Virus record (IMG/VR): IMGVR_UViG_3300028269_000003
Location: 2,968 to 66,967 of that record
From: a virus
Reading direction: 5' to 3' (one strand)
Length of the DNA: 64,000 nucleotides
Within the stretch, counting starts at the first letter, position 1. Each line of letters opens with the position of its first letter. Positions 34,906 to 44,011 of this stretch are shown one piece after another. The notes under the pieces are model-generated. The model did no database searches and was not told the DNA's origin. It was given only the letters and a program-made list of their open reading frames with translations. The position numbers and the translations under genes are program-made.

Positions 34906-35038
34906 AGAATCACTCTGCCGCGCACGTAAACGCATCAAGGCGCGTTTAAATCAATCAGCCAATGCTATGATATACGATAGAGTTTTTTATGAAGGCACAG
35001 ACGGATATTTAAGAGATAGGAATTGTTATGGCAAGTGA
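34871..35038 (+). CDS. small basic protein (copy of 1064..1231)
   Basis: near-identical copy. Confidence 0.65.
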   Translation: MKLLKLRKIFAKESLCRARKRIKARLNQSANAMIYDRVFYEGTDGYLRDRNCYGK

Positions 35039-35195
35039 TGGCGGCAAAGGTAGCAGACAAAGACCAACGTTTGACCAAGAGCGGTTCGAACTTAATTTTG
35101 ATTTAATCTTTCGCAGTAAGGAAAAGAAGTTTGACCAAACTGTGAATAATGGTGAATTGCTTGATGAATTAAAGGAAAGTAATAAAGATGACTGA
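35028..35195 (+). CDS. small phage protein MASDGGKGSRQRP (copy of 1221..1391)
   Basis: mostly synonymous differences from copy 1. Confidence 0.75.
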   Translation: MASDGGKGSRQRPTFDQERFELNFDLIFRSKEKKFDQTVNNGELLDELKESNKDD

Positions 35196-35394
35196 CACAA
35201 GTGACCCATTAGATGTAGCAAGTATTAATGAGCAAGTTAATTGTGATATGAAGGTAAAAGAGATACAGGCATTAGCCAGTAAAGAATTACCAAAGAGTGA
35301 TATTTGTTGGGGATGTGGCGAACCTACAAAAGACGGTAGACGTTGGCATAACGTAGATTGCAGGAAATTATGGGAGGACTTTGGAAGACAATAA
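35188..35394 (+). CDS. TraR/DksA-like zinc-finger protein
   Basis: DPLDVA (DxxDxA) plus CWGC...WHNVDC. Confidence 0.65.
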   Translation: MTDTSDPLDVASINEQVNCDMKVKEIQALASKELPKSDICWGCGEPTKDGRRWHNVDCRKLWEDFGRQ

Positions 35395-35484
35395 AAAAAT
35401 ACCGCTAACTTATCTCTATACAAGCAGTCTAGTGGTTAGCGGCATGGTTATTTCAACCATTAAGTCATCATTGGAGAGGATGAT
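35392..35484 (-). ncRNA. three-hairpin element/terminator, copy 2
   Basis: TCATC/GATGA around ATTGGAGAG; ATGGTT/AACCAT; CCGCTAAC/GTTAGCGG + U-tract. Confidence 0.7.
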
Positions 35485-35493
35485 GATTTAACT

Positions 35494-35694
35494 TTAATGA
35501 TAATTTCTCTCTAAGTCAAGAATATACTTTCCCAACTTTTCAGCATTATCACGATTTAGGCATATTCCACCGTCATTTTGTGGTATCACTTGCAGATGTG
35601 GCTTTGTCGGCTTTATCATCTGAGGCTGACACGCCACCATTGAAGTGATTGCGAAACCAATCAGAAGGGCTTTGACTAAGTTTGTCATGCTCAT
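35494..35694 (-). CDS. o-spanin-like lipoprotein
   Basis: lipobox MVAC; copy of 1686..1886. Confidence 0.65.
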   Translation of the reverse strand: MSMTNLVKALLIGFAITSMVACQPQMIKPTKPHLQVIPQNDGGICLNRDNAEKLGKYILDLERNYH

Positions 35695-35767
35695 TTTGAG
35701 CCTTTCTAAAGCTAATTGCTTGTAGTAGCTTTTCAAATAGACGCAGGATGATTTCTAGCGTTTTCAT
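35573..35767 (-). CDS. putative spanin partner
   Basis: copy of 1765..1959. Confidence 0.5.
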   Translation of the reverse strand: MKTLEIILRLFEKLLQAISFRKAQNEHDKLSQSPSDWFRNHFNGGVSASDDKADKATSASDTTK

Positions 35768-35952
35768 TTTTTAAGTTGCTTAGTGCGCCATGCTGACCAT
35801 ACTAGACCACCGATAGTGAGAACTGCACCTGTTACAGCCTCTACCGCACCAGATACAGCGTCAGGTTCGATGTAACCTTTAGTGACCAAGATAGCGCCCA
35901 CAGCAGTTAAGCCGTGACGGATAATAGAGCCGATAATAACTGTTAATTCCAT
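35764..35952 (-). CDS. putative holin (Pam3-gp28-like)
   Basis: one residue different from 1956..2144. Confidence 0.7.
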   Translation of the reverse strand: MELTVIIGSIIRHGLTAVGAILVTKGYIEPDAVSGAVEAVTGAVLTIGGLVWSAWRTKQLKK

Positions 35953-35955
35953 AAT

Positions 35956-36426
35956 TTACTCCTTAAAGTGAATAAGACATTCTACTGTACGATTTACCCA
36001 ACCTTTGCCAAATCTGCCAAAGTTACTCAAGCTAGAATAAAAAATAATGCGCTCGGTTGTAAATTTTAGCAACACATCATTGACCGCCATTTTATTTAGA
36101 GCAGATTGCGAAAGTCTGCCCCACTGACCATCTGGATTAACTTTAACAGCACTTTGCAAGATACGTATTGCACGGCTAATACCAGTATTAACAGCGCAAT
36201 CAAACAAAACGCAATGAATAGTCGGATGTAAGTTAGCAGGGAGTTTATCCCAGTAGTCACGCTTGTAAATAACCATAGCATCATATTGAGTCAAATCTCT
36301 AATATTAAGATGGGGATAAGCACGTTTTGATATACCGTAGCGGGTTTCACCGCCAGCATCAAACTTATCATCACTATATAAACCTTCGTGTTTTAGTACA
36401 AATTGAACTGCTTTGTCAAAGTTCAT
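35956..36426 (-). CDS. endolysin, glycoside hydrolase family 108
   Basis: HEGLYSDDKFDAGGETRYGIS; paralog of 2148..2618. Confidence 0.9.
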   Translation of the reverse strand: MNFDKAVQFVLKHEGLYSDDKFDAGGETRYGISKRAYPHLNIRDLTQYDAMVIYKRDYWDKLPANLHPTIHCVLFDCAVNTGISRAIRILQSAVKVNPDGQWGRLSQSALNKMAVNDVLLKFTTERIIFYSSLSNFGRFGKGWVNRTVECLIHFKE

Positions 36427-36680
36427 TGCTTGTCCATCTTATTGTCTATCTTAGCTTCAATTCTGTCTAGCTTGGTAAAAATAGCGGCCGCGATTTTGTC
36501 CAGTTCTTCACGTTTGACATAAGTACCTGCCACCAATACCTCAATTTGCTGAACTTTATCGGCAAGCATAGCATCCGCCTTTCGTAATTCATCAATCGAA
36601 CTTTTAAGATTATTCAAAACCCAGCCTCCTAAAGCCCCTATAAGTGCAAAAGCCGTGTTAATTAAAGTTTGTGTGTCCAT
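36423..36680 (-). CDS. single-TM coiled-coil lysis-module protein (holin/antiholin candidate)
   Basis: LIN.AF.LIGALGGW + YVKREE...KLDRIE.KID. Confidence 0.65.
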   Translation of the reverse strand: MDTQTLINTAFALIGALGGWVLNNLKSSIDELRKADAMLADKVQQIEVLVAGTYVKREELDKIAAAIFTKLDRIEAKIDNKMDKQ

Positions 36681-36715
36681 GTTTTCCCTTTTTACTTTAG
36701 CACTTCTTAATGAGG

Positions 36716-38206
36716 CTATACGATGTTAATAGTTGCTTGCTGTCCTGCAATACTTGACCTTAGTGATATTAAATTGCCAGCAGTTCCTTGTAAACTAAAT
36801 TGTTGCAAATTAGTTGTAGTGTTAGCTGGTAAAGTTACAGTTGCAGGCTGAACTGTGTTGGTTATATCAGCAAAGGCATTTGCGCCCGTAATAGATAAAT
36901 TTCCAGCCCCACCTTGATTTAAAATGCAAGTATAACTATTCCCACCGCCAGCAAATGTTTTAGAGCTTGCCGAGTTCATGCTGATAACGCCTGAGCCTGT
37001 TGTGGTGAAGTTTGTGCCTGATACTGTCCACCCACCAGCAACATCAATCTGCCCGCCTGCAAAACTGATACTACGAATATTATTATTTGATGATGACCAA
37101 CCGCCAGTCGATAAAGTATTTCCGTTTAAATCTATCGTTCCCAATGTATGGGTAAAGGTTCTTGATGCATTTTGTAATAAATCATCGGCTAATATTAAAT
37201 TCCCTGCTGCAAATTTTGTCACTGGAAAATCTAAAACCTGACCGTTACCTGTATATGTTTGATTTCCAGTTGTCGCTGCAAATCTTAAATTGCTAGCACC
37301 AGCCGTTAATGTTGCATTTAATGAAAAGGTAACATCGCCATAAATATTTCTTAACTCATTAGTTAAAGAGCCAGAAAATCCAGTTAAGTTAATGCCTCTG
37401 ATATTAGTAAATCCTACCAACGCATCAGAACCTGCGGATACAATAAAATCTAGTGCTTGAGCCTCAGCAAAAGAAACGTTTACTGTTCTAGTGCCTACGC
37501 TTCCAGAATAATTTAGCTCAACAGTTGGAGTTCCTGTGTAACTAAAGTTTGTGACTGTTGCCATATTGAAAATAATTGTATTATTTCCAGTAAGCAATAT
37601 TTTTCCTGTGCCGAATTGAATTGCTCTAGTATTCGTATTGCTACTAGCAAAAGTAGATGCAGTTAATGTTTGATTGTTTAAATTAAGATTTCCTGCTGTC
37701 AAGGTATAAGCGCCTGTGCAAGTCATAGAATAACCGTTTAAATCTACATCACCTAATGTTTGAGTGATAATGCCAGTTTTAGTGAATGCACTACCTAACG
37801 CCCATGAACCTCCAGAACCATTAAATATTACGCTACCTGTTGTTACTTGAACACCATTTGTGGTGATTGTTTTGCCTGTTGTCGTAGCTGCAAAAGTAAT
37901 ATTTCCTGTATAGGTTCTAGTAAGGTTAGATGCTGGATAAGCCAATGAGCCAAAAATAGACCATGCCGCACTTCCTGCTAATGTCATTGTTTGGTCAAGT
38001 CCGCTTACTGTAATATCTTGACATACAGCGCCTGTGTTAATAGTTACAGTAAATCCAGTACCAGCATCTGAGTTTGCATTAAATATAACATCATCGGCAC
38101 TTGTAGGTGCTACTGCACCACCAGCACCACCATCTGTATCAGACCAGTTTGTAGTTGTTGAAGCATTCCATGTGCCACTTCCACCTACCCAATATTTAGT
38201 CGCCAT
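36716..38206 (-). CDS. beta-helix-type virion/adhesin protein
   Basis: MATKYWVGGSGTW...NWS...P...DDVIF start; G/T/S/N-rich repeats (GxxDLNGxxL). Confidence 0.7.
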   Translation of the reverse strand: MATKYWVGGSGTWNASTTTNWSDTDGGAGGAVAPTSADDVIFNANSDAGTGFTVTINTGAVCQDITVSGLDQTMTLAGSAAWSIFGSLAYPASNLTRTYTGNITFAATTTGKTITTNGVQVTTGSVIFNGSGGSWALGSAFTKTGIITQTLGDVDLNGYSMTCTGAYTLTAGNLNLNNQTLTASTFASSNTNTRAIQFGTGKILLTGNNTIIFNMATVTNFSYTGTPTVELNYSGSVGTRTVNVSFAEAQALDFIVSAGSDALVGFTNIRGINLTGFSGSLTNELRNIYGDVTFSLNATLTAGASNLRFAATTGNQTYTGNGQVLDFPVTKFAAGNLILADDLLQNASRTFTHTLGTIDLNGNTLSTGGWSSSNNNIRSISFAGGQIDVAGGWTVSGTNFTTTGSGVISMNSASSKTFAGGGNSYTCILNQGGAGNLSITGANAFADITNTVQPATVTLPANTTTNLQQFSLQGTAGNLISLRSSIAGQQATINIV

Positions 38207-38375
38207 TGCTTACCTCAATTTCTTCTTGAGGTGCAGTCACAATCACATACCAATCATCAAAGCGTTTTTGTTTCATGGCTTCAATTTCGGCATTGGTGAA
38301 AGTATGGTTATCAGTCAAGACAATAGCGTCTTTCAGCGTGTAGCCGTCTTGAGTGATTTCAAAGTTAATGGTCAT
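38196..38375 (-). CDS. 59-aa conserved-looking partner protein
   Basis: MTINFEITQDGYTLKDAIVLTDNH...EIEAMKQKRFDDW; overlaps both neighbours. Confidence 0.65.
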   Translation of the reverse strand: MTINFEITQDGYTLKDAIVLTDNHTFTNAEIEAMKQKRFDDWYVIVTAPQEEIEVSNGD

Positions 38376-38776
38376 AATGTAGATGCTAGATTAAATAAAT
38401 TATCCAATTCATCTTGAGATAACCCAAGCGCAATCGCCATGTTTTGGACTAAGGAATCATTTTTATTAACTTCTGTTGCATATTCCCATGTAATTTTATC
38501 AGCCTCACTACCTTGTTGAATTGCTAAATTTACATTAGTTAACAATCCTTCTTGAAGCAAAGCTAATCTTGCTTGTCGCATTGAAACTACTGATGGTTTT
38601 GGCGGTAAAGGTGCAGGCGCAGGTTCTAAAAACTCACCGTTTACATAAGTCCATTCTGTTGTGCAGTTTGATGGGCAATCAATCCAATATAAAGGTTCTG
38701 CAATAGGAAAAGTCTTATTGTTGGCTTTAACTTCTACGATACGATTGTTTTCATTAGGTGATATAAGCGCTTTCAT
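38372..38776 (-). CDS. tail fibre assembly protein
   Basis: WIDCP....WTYVNGEF..P N-domain plus SMRQARLAL..WEYA domain. Confidence 0.7.
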   Translation of the reverse strand: MKALISPNENNRIVEVKANNKTFPIAEPLYWIDCPSNCTTEWTYVNGEFLEPAPAPLPPKPSVVSMRQARLALLQEGLLTNVNLAIQQGSEADKITWEYATEVNKNDSLVQNMAIALGLSQDELDNLFNLASTL

Positions 38777-39747
38777 TATCTGTACTCCCAAACGATTACA
38801 ACTCCAGCAGTTGCAGAAACAGTTCCAGAACCAGCTCCAGCAGCTCCTACTGTAACAGTTTCACTAGAAGCTAATGCTGTTGCAAGTATTTTTTCTCTAG
38901 AATATCCACCGCCGCCTCCACCTGCTACTTTTACTATTGTTGATGCAATTGCGGAATTATAATCAGTTGAACCGTTACCAAAACCAGTTATTGCAGAAGT
39001 TCCACCAACGGCTTGAATATTTGAAGTTGTAGAAATGCCTTCAACATAACCTGTTAAAATAGCACCTCTAGTTCCTGAAATATTTATATCACCTCCGCTT
39101 CCAGTTCCACCTGCGCCTCCAGCACCAGTAGTTGAAGCAACACCGCCACCAGTTGCAGATAAAAATGTACCAAAAGATGAAGTGCCTCCACTACCAGTTT
39201 GCCCACCCCCGCCGCTAACAACTTCAACAATTACAAATGATGGATTATTAGTTGCTTTTGTGTAAGTGCCTGATAATGTAAAAACTTGATACCCAATTAA
39301 TGAGCCAGTGCTAGGAACTGTTCCCATTGTCCAGAAAGCAGAACCTGTGCAAGTAACTACCGCCCAACCGCCAGCGGCAATTGATTTAGTATTAGCACCA
39401 TCAATCTGTTCGGTAGAGTTAGGGTCAATCGTGATTGTGCCTGAGCCTGTATTAATAACTGCAAAGTTAAAACCATCGGCTAAAGTTGCTGCCGCAGTTA
39501 GTGATAAAGTAAAAGTACCGCTACAAAGAATAACTTTACCTCTATCAGACGTAAGTACCGTGTAGTTTGCTGTTTTTGCTACGGTATCAGCGCCTAATGA
39601 ACCTAAAGTAGCTAAAGCAGTTCCTACTGTACCGTCAGAGCCAAATAATCCTGCTAGAAACTCTCTTTGGTCTGTGATTGCACTTTTAAAATCACCTTCG
39701 GTTACTGCTGAGTCGGTAAATGCTGTTGATAATGGTAACGCTGTCAT
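38776..39747 (-). CDS. glycine-rich tail fibre protein
   Basis: KTANYTV..SDRGK..ITIDPN.TEQIDG domain plus FT.SGTYT..GGGG..ETVTVGA.G..GVVIVWEY domain. Confidence 0.8.
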   Translation of the reverse strand: MTALPLSTAFTDSAVTEGDFKSAITDQREFLAGLFGSDGTVGTALATLGSLGADTVAKTANYTVLTSDRGKVILCSGTFTLSLTAAATLADGFNFAVINTGSGTITIDPNSTEQIDGANTKSIAAGGWAVVTCTGSAFWTMGTVPSTGSLIGYQVFTLSGTYTKATNNPSFVIVEVVSGGGGQTGSGGTSSFGTFLSATGGGVASTTGAGGAGGTGSGGDINISGTRGAILTGYVEGISTTSNIQAVGGTSAITGFGNGSTDYNSAIASTIVKVAGGGGGGYSREKILATALASSETVTVGAAGAGSGTVSATAGVVIVWEYR

Positions 39748-39757
39748 AATTTATCCC

Positions 39758-42751
39758 CTAAGTCCACATTAATGTTGTATCGTCAACATTCCACATCAAT
39801 GTCGTATCATCTACATCCCACATATAATCTGCACTTGAGCCATATTGTACACTCACCCATGCGCTTCGTGTAATACCAATAGCCGCAACACGAATCACTG
39901 TTCTAGCACCATATTGAGCAATCGCAGTAAAGCTAGACGCTGAAGTATCACCAATACGAGTCCAGCCATTTCCATTATCTGAAATCTCAATTAAATATCT
40001 TTCAGCACCAGCAGAAGGTTCCCATGACAAAAACATTTTAGTGACATCTGCAGGGTCAGAGCGTGCAATCAAACCTCGCAATACTGGTCTTGTGTTTCTA
40101 GTCGGTAATTGCCATGCTGATTCAGTTGGCGCTACACCCGTGTCAGCATCATAAACAAATTCTGAATCAACTACGCATGAAATTTCTACACGCTCTAAAC
40201 CTCTAGGCTTAATTCCTAAAACTTTAGCAGTTACATAAAGTGAATTAGCTAAACCAAATGCAAAGTGTGTACGCTCTCTGTCAATGCCAAAATCAATAGT
40301 AATTGATGGAGTTTCTAATAAAGTAACTTCGTAGTCAGTTACAGCAGATGCGCTTGCAAATAACCATCCTAAATTATTGCCTGAATCTGTACTAAATACT
40401 GCTGTATAAGTGCCAGTAGGCGTTAAACTAATATCTTGAATGTCTAAATAGTATCTTTCGTTAGGCGCTTGATAACGTTCAACTTCATAGGCTTCTGAAA
40501 CTGAACCATCACGATTTCTAAAAGCAATGTAATATGTGCCCACATCGAAACTTACTGGCTCAGACAATCTCATGTAGCCAGTTGCAGAATCGTACTCAAC
40601 GACTTCACCTGAATATCCCCAACTTGGCATATCGTGTTGAACGGCAATCAAATCGCCAACAGTAGGAATGTAACCTTCCATTTCAGTCTGAAAAGATACC
40701 ATGCGTCTGCGATAACGGTTAGCCGCAGCCATGTACATACCTTCACGATAGGCTTGGTCACGACTTGAACATCCAAATAGTTGTCTTTTTACAACAAGGG
40801 ATTCAGTAGAATCAGGCAATGCTGCACGAACTACTTTTTGTTGAAATGTTCCGTTATCCCAATACTCTACGTCTATTGCGTCTGCCGTTTCTTCATTAGG
40901 CATTAAATAAGACATTTTAAAAGTATTTTTTGCAATGTTTCGCATTGAAAATAATGCAACTGGCGATTCTTCTGAATCTCTAGTGATGTAAACGCTACCA
41001 GATTGCAGATAAGGCATTGCACGACCAACTCTAGCAACTTGTGTCAACGCTTCCCATGCTGGTTGTTGTCCGTCATAAATACCATCAAAGTTATCACCAC
41101 GACTTGCCCATACAGAACTCAAAGCAAGTAACTGGTCGCCATCAATGCGTGAAGTAGATAGCCCCATGCCATAAGATGCTGTGACTATATCTGCTATTGC
41201 CCATGCAGGGTTGCGAGTAGCAACTGCGTTAGTCCATGTTGAACCATCCCAAGTAGGCAACATACGAGTACAAACTACATTGATTCTACGGCTTGAAGTT
41301 TGATTAAGCTGATTAGATGCTTTTAACTTCATTGCAAGCATTGTAATATTGCCGTAGTTTTGACTGCCTTTAATGTAACCTCTTAAACCTGCCCAGTTTA
41401 CGTCGTTGCCGTAGCGAGTGTCTGTTTGTTTTAGATTTGTACGTGCAAATCTAGCTTCATATCGACCTGTTGCAACCCCGACTTGTTGCGAGAATCTTTG
41501 AGGTGTAGTCGTAGCTAAAGTTACTGTTTGACTAAAAGCATCAGTCCAACTTCCTACTGGTGACCCGCTATCATCAATTTCACGATATTGCCCAGCGTAA
41601 GTGACTGTAACGTTATCTAAACCACCGCTATCATTTGCGTAATAAAGACCTCTAGGCAATACAATATCAAATCCAATGGCAGTAATATCTGTGCCAGCCG
41701 CATTAACTACAAATCCACCCAAAACAGTTACTATGACAACGTTTCCTGAAGTTGTAAGCGAACCGCTTGCGGTTACAGTAAACGTATCAGCAGTTGGTGT
41801 ACTAGCTACTTGAAAAAATCCACTTACAGCAGTACCGCTAGTAAATGATAAGTAAACAGCATCGCTTGTATCATAACCATGATTGACTTTAGTAACAGTT
41901 ATCGTAGTGCCTGATTGAGAGTATGTGCCGCTTGTTGATAAACTTTCTTGCCCAGACACTTCAACAGAAGTAACCACGTTTGCAGGGAATAAAGTAATTT
42001 CTTCGTTAAAGCAAACTTGATATTGAATATCCTCAAACACGCCATTGGCATCATAAATCTCACCATCTTGAGTAACTGTGCTTGCAACGATTGAATCCTC
42101 TAGCCTAATTTGCTCAATATCATATTCACCTTGACCAATACAAAAAAGCTGATACAAAAATTGTTCGTTGCCTGAATATTCTGTATATGGCTGTGCCGCA
42201 AAGTCCATGTATATTTGATTGCGACCATAAGCAACTGGGATTGCTTGACCAATACGAGCTTGGTTGCCTTGCGCTGACAAGTTATAAGTAGGCGATGCTG
42301 ATTGTTGTTGCTGTATTGACCTTTGAGAAAGTGAAGGCGATGGGTCACGGACTAATGCATTAACTAAAGCGTTACCTGCAAAATTAATGCCTGCGGCAAG
42401 CGCCTTCAAACCAAGTTCACTTAATCCTAAACCTAAAGAACTATTAATTCCTGCTGCTAATGGTGTTGCATAAATAGCAATAGTAATTGATAAAATTATT
42501 TTAAGAGGATTAGAGCCGCCACCGCCACCACCTTGTGGCAATGTAATGAAAGTTACTATCTCACCATCGTTTACAGTGCGATTCCAGCCGTTATTTTCTC
42601 TAAGTAATGGCTTACCATTAACCAAGCAAATAAATGGCTCAGAACGCTTTGGCGCAAGCGCAGATATGCGTTTTTTACGCTTAATGGACACAATCTCACG
42701 GTTTCTAGCAGGGTGAAACGGATTGTTTGCATAAATAACGGTTGCTTGCAT
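39758..42751 (-). CDS. tail tip / host-specificity protein (TipJ-like, gpI-like N-terminus)
   Basis: QGNQARIGQAIPVAYG, TRNPAWA, FDG.YD, GDLIAVQHD, C-terminal Fn3-like domain. Confidence 0.9.
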   Translation of the reverse strand: MQATVIYANNPFHPARNREIVSIKRKKRISALAPKRSEPFICLVNGKPLLRENNGWNRTVNDGEIVTFITLPQGGGGGGSNPLKIILSITIAIYATPLAAGINSSLGLGLSELGLKALAAGINFAGNALVNALVRDPSPSLSQRSIQQQQSASPTYNLSAQGNQARIGQAIPVAYGRNQIYMDFAAQPYTEYSGNEQFLYQLFCIGQGEYDIEQIRLEDSIVASTVTQDGEIYDANGVFEDIQYQVCFNEEITLFPANVVTSVEVSGQESLSTSGTYSQSGTTITVTKVNHGYDTSDAVYLSFTSGTAVSGFFQVASTPTADTFTVTASGSLTTSGNVVIVTVLGGFVVNAAGTDITAIGFDIVLPRGLYYANDSGGLDNVTVTYAGQYREIDDSGSPVGSWTDAFSQTVTLATTTPQRFSQQVGVATGRYEARFARTNLKQTDTRYGNDVNWAGLRGYIKGSQNYGNITMLAMKLKASNQLNQTSSRRINVVCTRMLPTWDGSTWTNAVATRNPAWAIADIVTASYGMGLSTSRIDGDQLLALSSVWASRGDNFDGIYDGQQPAWEALTQVARVGRAMPYLQSGSVYITRDSEESPVALFSMRNIAKNTFKMSYLMPNEETADAIDVEYWDNGTFQQKVVRAALPDSTESLVVKRQLFGCSSRDQAYREGMYMAAANRYRRRMVSFQTEMEGYIPTVGDLIAVQHDMPSWGYSGEVVEYDSATGYMRLSEPVSFDVGTYYIAFRNRDGSVSEAYEVERYQAPNERYYLDIQDISLTPTGTYTAVFSTDSGNNLGWLFASASAVTDYEVTLLETPSITIDFGIDRERTHFAFGLANSLYVTAKVLGIKPRGLERVEISCVVDSEFVYDADTGVAPTESAWQLPTRNTRPVLRGLIARSDPADVTKMFLSWEPSAGAERYLIEISDNGNGWTRIGDTSASSFTAIAQYGARTVIRVAAIGITRSAWVSVQYGSSADYMWDVDDTTLMWNVDDTTLMWT

Positions 42752-43131
42752 TATTTCGCCCTGTAAATTCCAGTGATGTTATATGGAAATGATTTTAACT
42801 TGTTTTCAGGTGTATAAACAACTCCTGTGTTACGAACGCAATGCAAAATTGCACCATCAACCCAAATTCCAACATGAGTTGGTCTTTTAGATTGCGACAT
42901 TAAAACAGCATCACCATTTTGCGCTAGTTTAGTGCTTTCAATTTCTACCCAGTTATTTCTTTCGTTATGACCAACAAATGCTCTAACGCACTCTAATGTA
43001 TTAAATGCATCAACATCAATCACGGGAACGTCACGACCAAACTGTTCTTTTTGCACTTTGCGAAAAAAAGCCCAGCAATCATGTTCACCATAAACCCATG
43101 CTTGACCGATATAATCACTAACAAAACTCAT
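42751..43131 (-). CDS. NlpC/P60 tail-tip protein (lambda gpK-like)
   Basis: DCW...HVGIW...ILH. Confidence 0.85.
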   Translation of the reverse strand: MSFVSDYIGQAWVYGEHDCWAFFRKVQKEQFGRDVPVIDVDAFNTLECVRAFVGHNERNNWVEIESTKLAQNGDAVLMSQSKRPTHVGIWVDGAILHCVRNTGVVYTPENKLKSFPYNITGIYRAK

Positions 43132-43655
43132 TGTGATAACAACCCTGCAAATCGTTGTAAATCGTAAACATCTCTAGGAAATGGTCTGTTTGCATAATCC
43201 CCAAATCCACAGCGTGCCGTGATGCGAAAAATATCCGCTTCCACTTCTTTTAGCGTCATTGTTAGCGGTGGGTCATTTTGCGGTGCTGATAAATCGGTTG
43301 ATAAGTAGCAACGATAAGTCACTTCAATTAAATCTTGAGAGTTAGCCGCCAAATCCAAATAAGCCATAATGTCACGGCTTACGTTATCAATCGTCAAAAG
43401 TAACTCAGGTGATGAACCGCTGGTCACATCAGGCAACTCCAAATCAAATGCGTATTGAACAAATAGCACTTCTTCACTTGGGTTTTCAGGTGCAGTCGAT
43501 TCTAAAAAAGCCTCTAAATCGGCTTTATCTCTTACCACTCGCAAAGGTGTTGTAAACTCTGGATGCCTAAACTCTAGCGTGTGTAAGATAACTTCACCAG
43601 CAGGCGCAGTAGCGTAAGCCTCTTTAATTGCTTGCGATAGTGTAGCGTCAGGCAT
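43128..43655 (-). CDS. DUF1833 / gpL-like minor tail protein
   Basis: TLEFRHP....RVV...LTIDNV...VTYR.YLS.DLSAP. Confidence 0.8.
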   Translation of the reverse strand: MPDATLSQAIKEAYATAPAGEVILHTLEFRHPEFTTPLRVVRDKADLEAFLESTAPENPSEEVLFVQYAFDLELPDVTSGSSPELLLTIDNVSRDIMAYLDLAANSQDLIEVTYRCYLSTDLSAPQNDPPLTMTLKEVEADIFRITARCGFGDYANRPFPRDVYDLQRFAGLLSQ

Positions 43656-44011
43656 TACGCACCTCTAACTTCAACGTTTGCTGATACTGACCAATGACCG
43701 CCTTGCACATAAGAATATTGATAAGGCGCAGTAAAGCGAACATCATACGTTTGAAACCCATCGCCTACGTCTAATTCCATTGTGAAAAAGTCAGAGCCTT
43801 TGTTTACAGTTGTGTCAAAGAAAGTCTTAAATGTAGCCATATCAGCGGCACGAAATAACCAGTTCATCGTCATTTGATGGTTAGTCGCTGTAAATCTTTG
43901 ACGCTGACGCATTGAGCCAGCTTCCATTTCTGTACGAATAAAAGCTAAATCTTGACTACCGCCATAATTATCTATGTTAGGTTTAGGTAAATCAGTAGGA
44001 AACGCTGCCAT
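43655..44011 (-). CDS. distal tail protein (gpM-like)
   Basis: IRTEMEAG..RQR.RF; directly after tape measure. Confidence 0.8.
   Translation of the reverse strand: MAAFPTDLPKPNIDNYGGSQDLAFIRTEMEAGSMRQRQRFTATNHQMTMNWLFRAADMATFKTFFDTTVNKGSDFFTMELDVGDGFQTYDVRFTAPYQYSYVQGGHWSVSANVEVRGA

Noticed and set aside
1021-36428. Shared blocks as direct terminal repeats or a simple assembly duplication of one genome
   Set aside because: The copies carry many SNPs, synonymous changes and compensatory stem changes, and they flank different genes, so they are diverged homologs rather than the same sequence read twice.
39758-39825. 27-bp tandem repeat at the TipJ C-terminus (MWxVDDTTL x2)
   Set aside because: Short coding duplication with synonymous divergence; probably a fibre-attachment motif, with no sign of a separate element.
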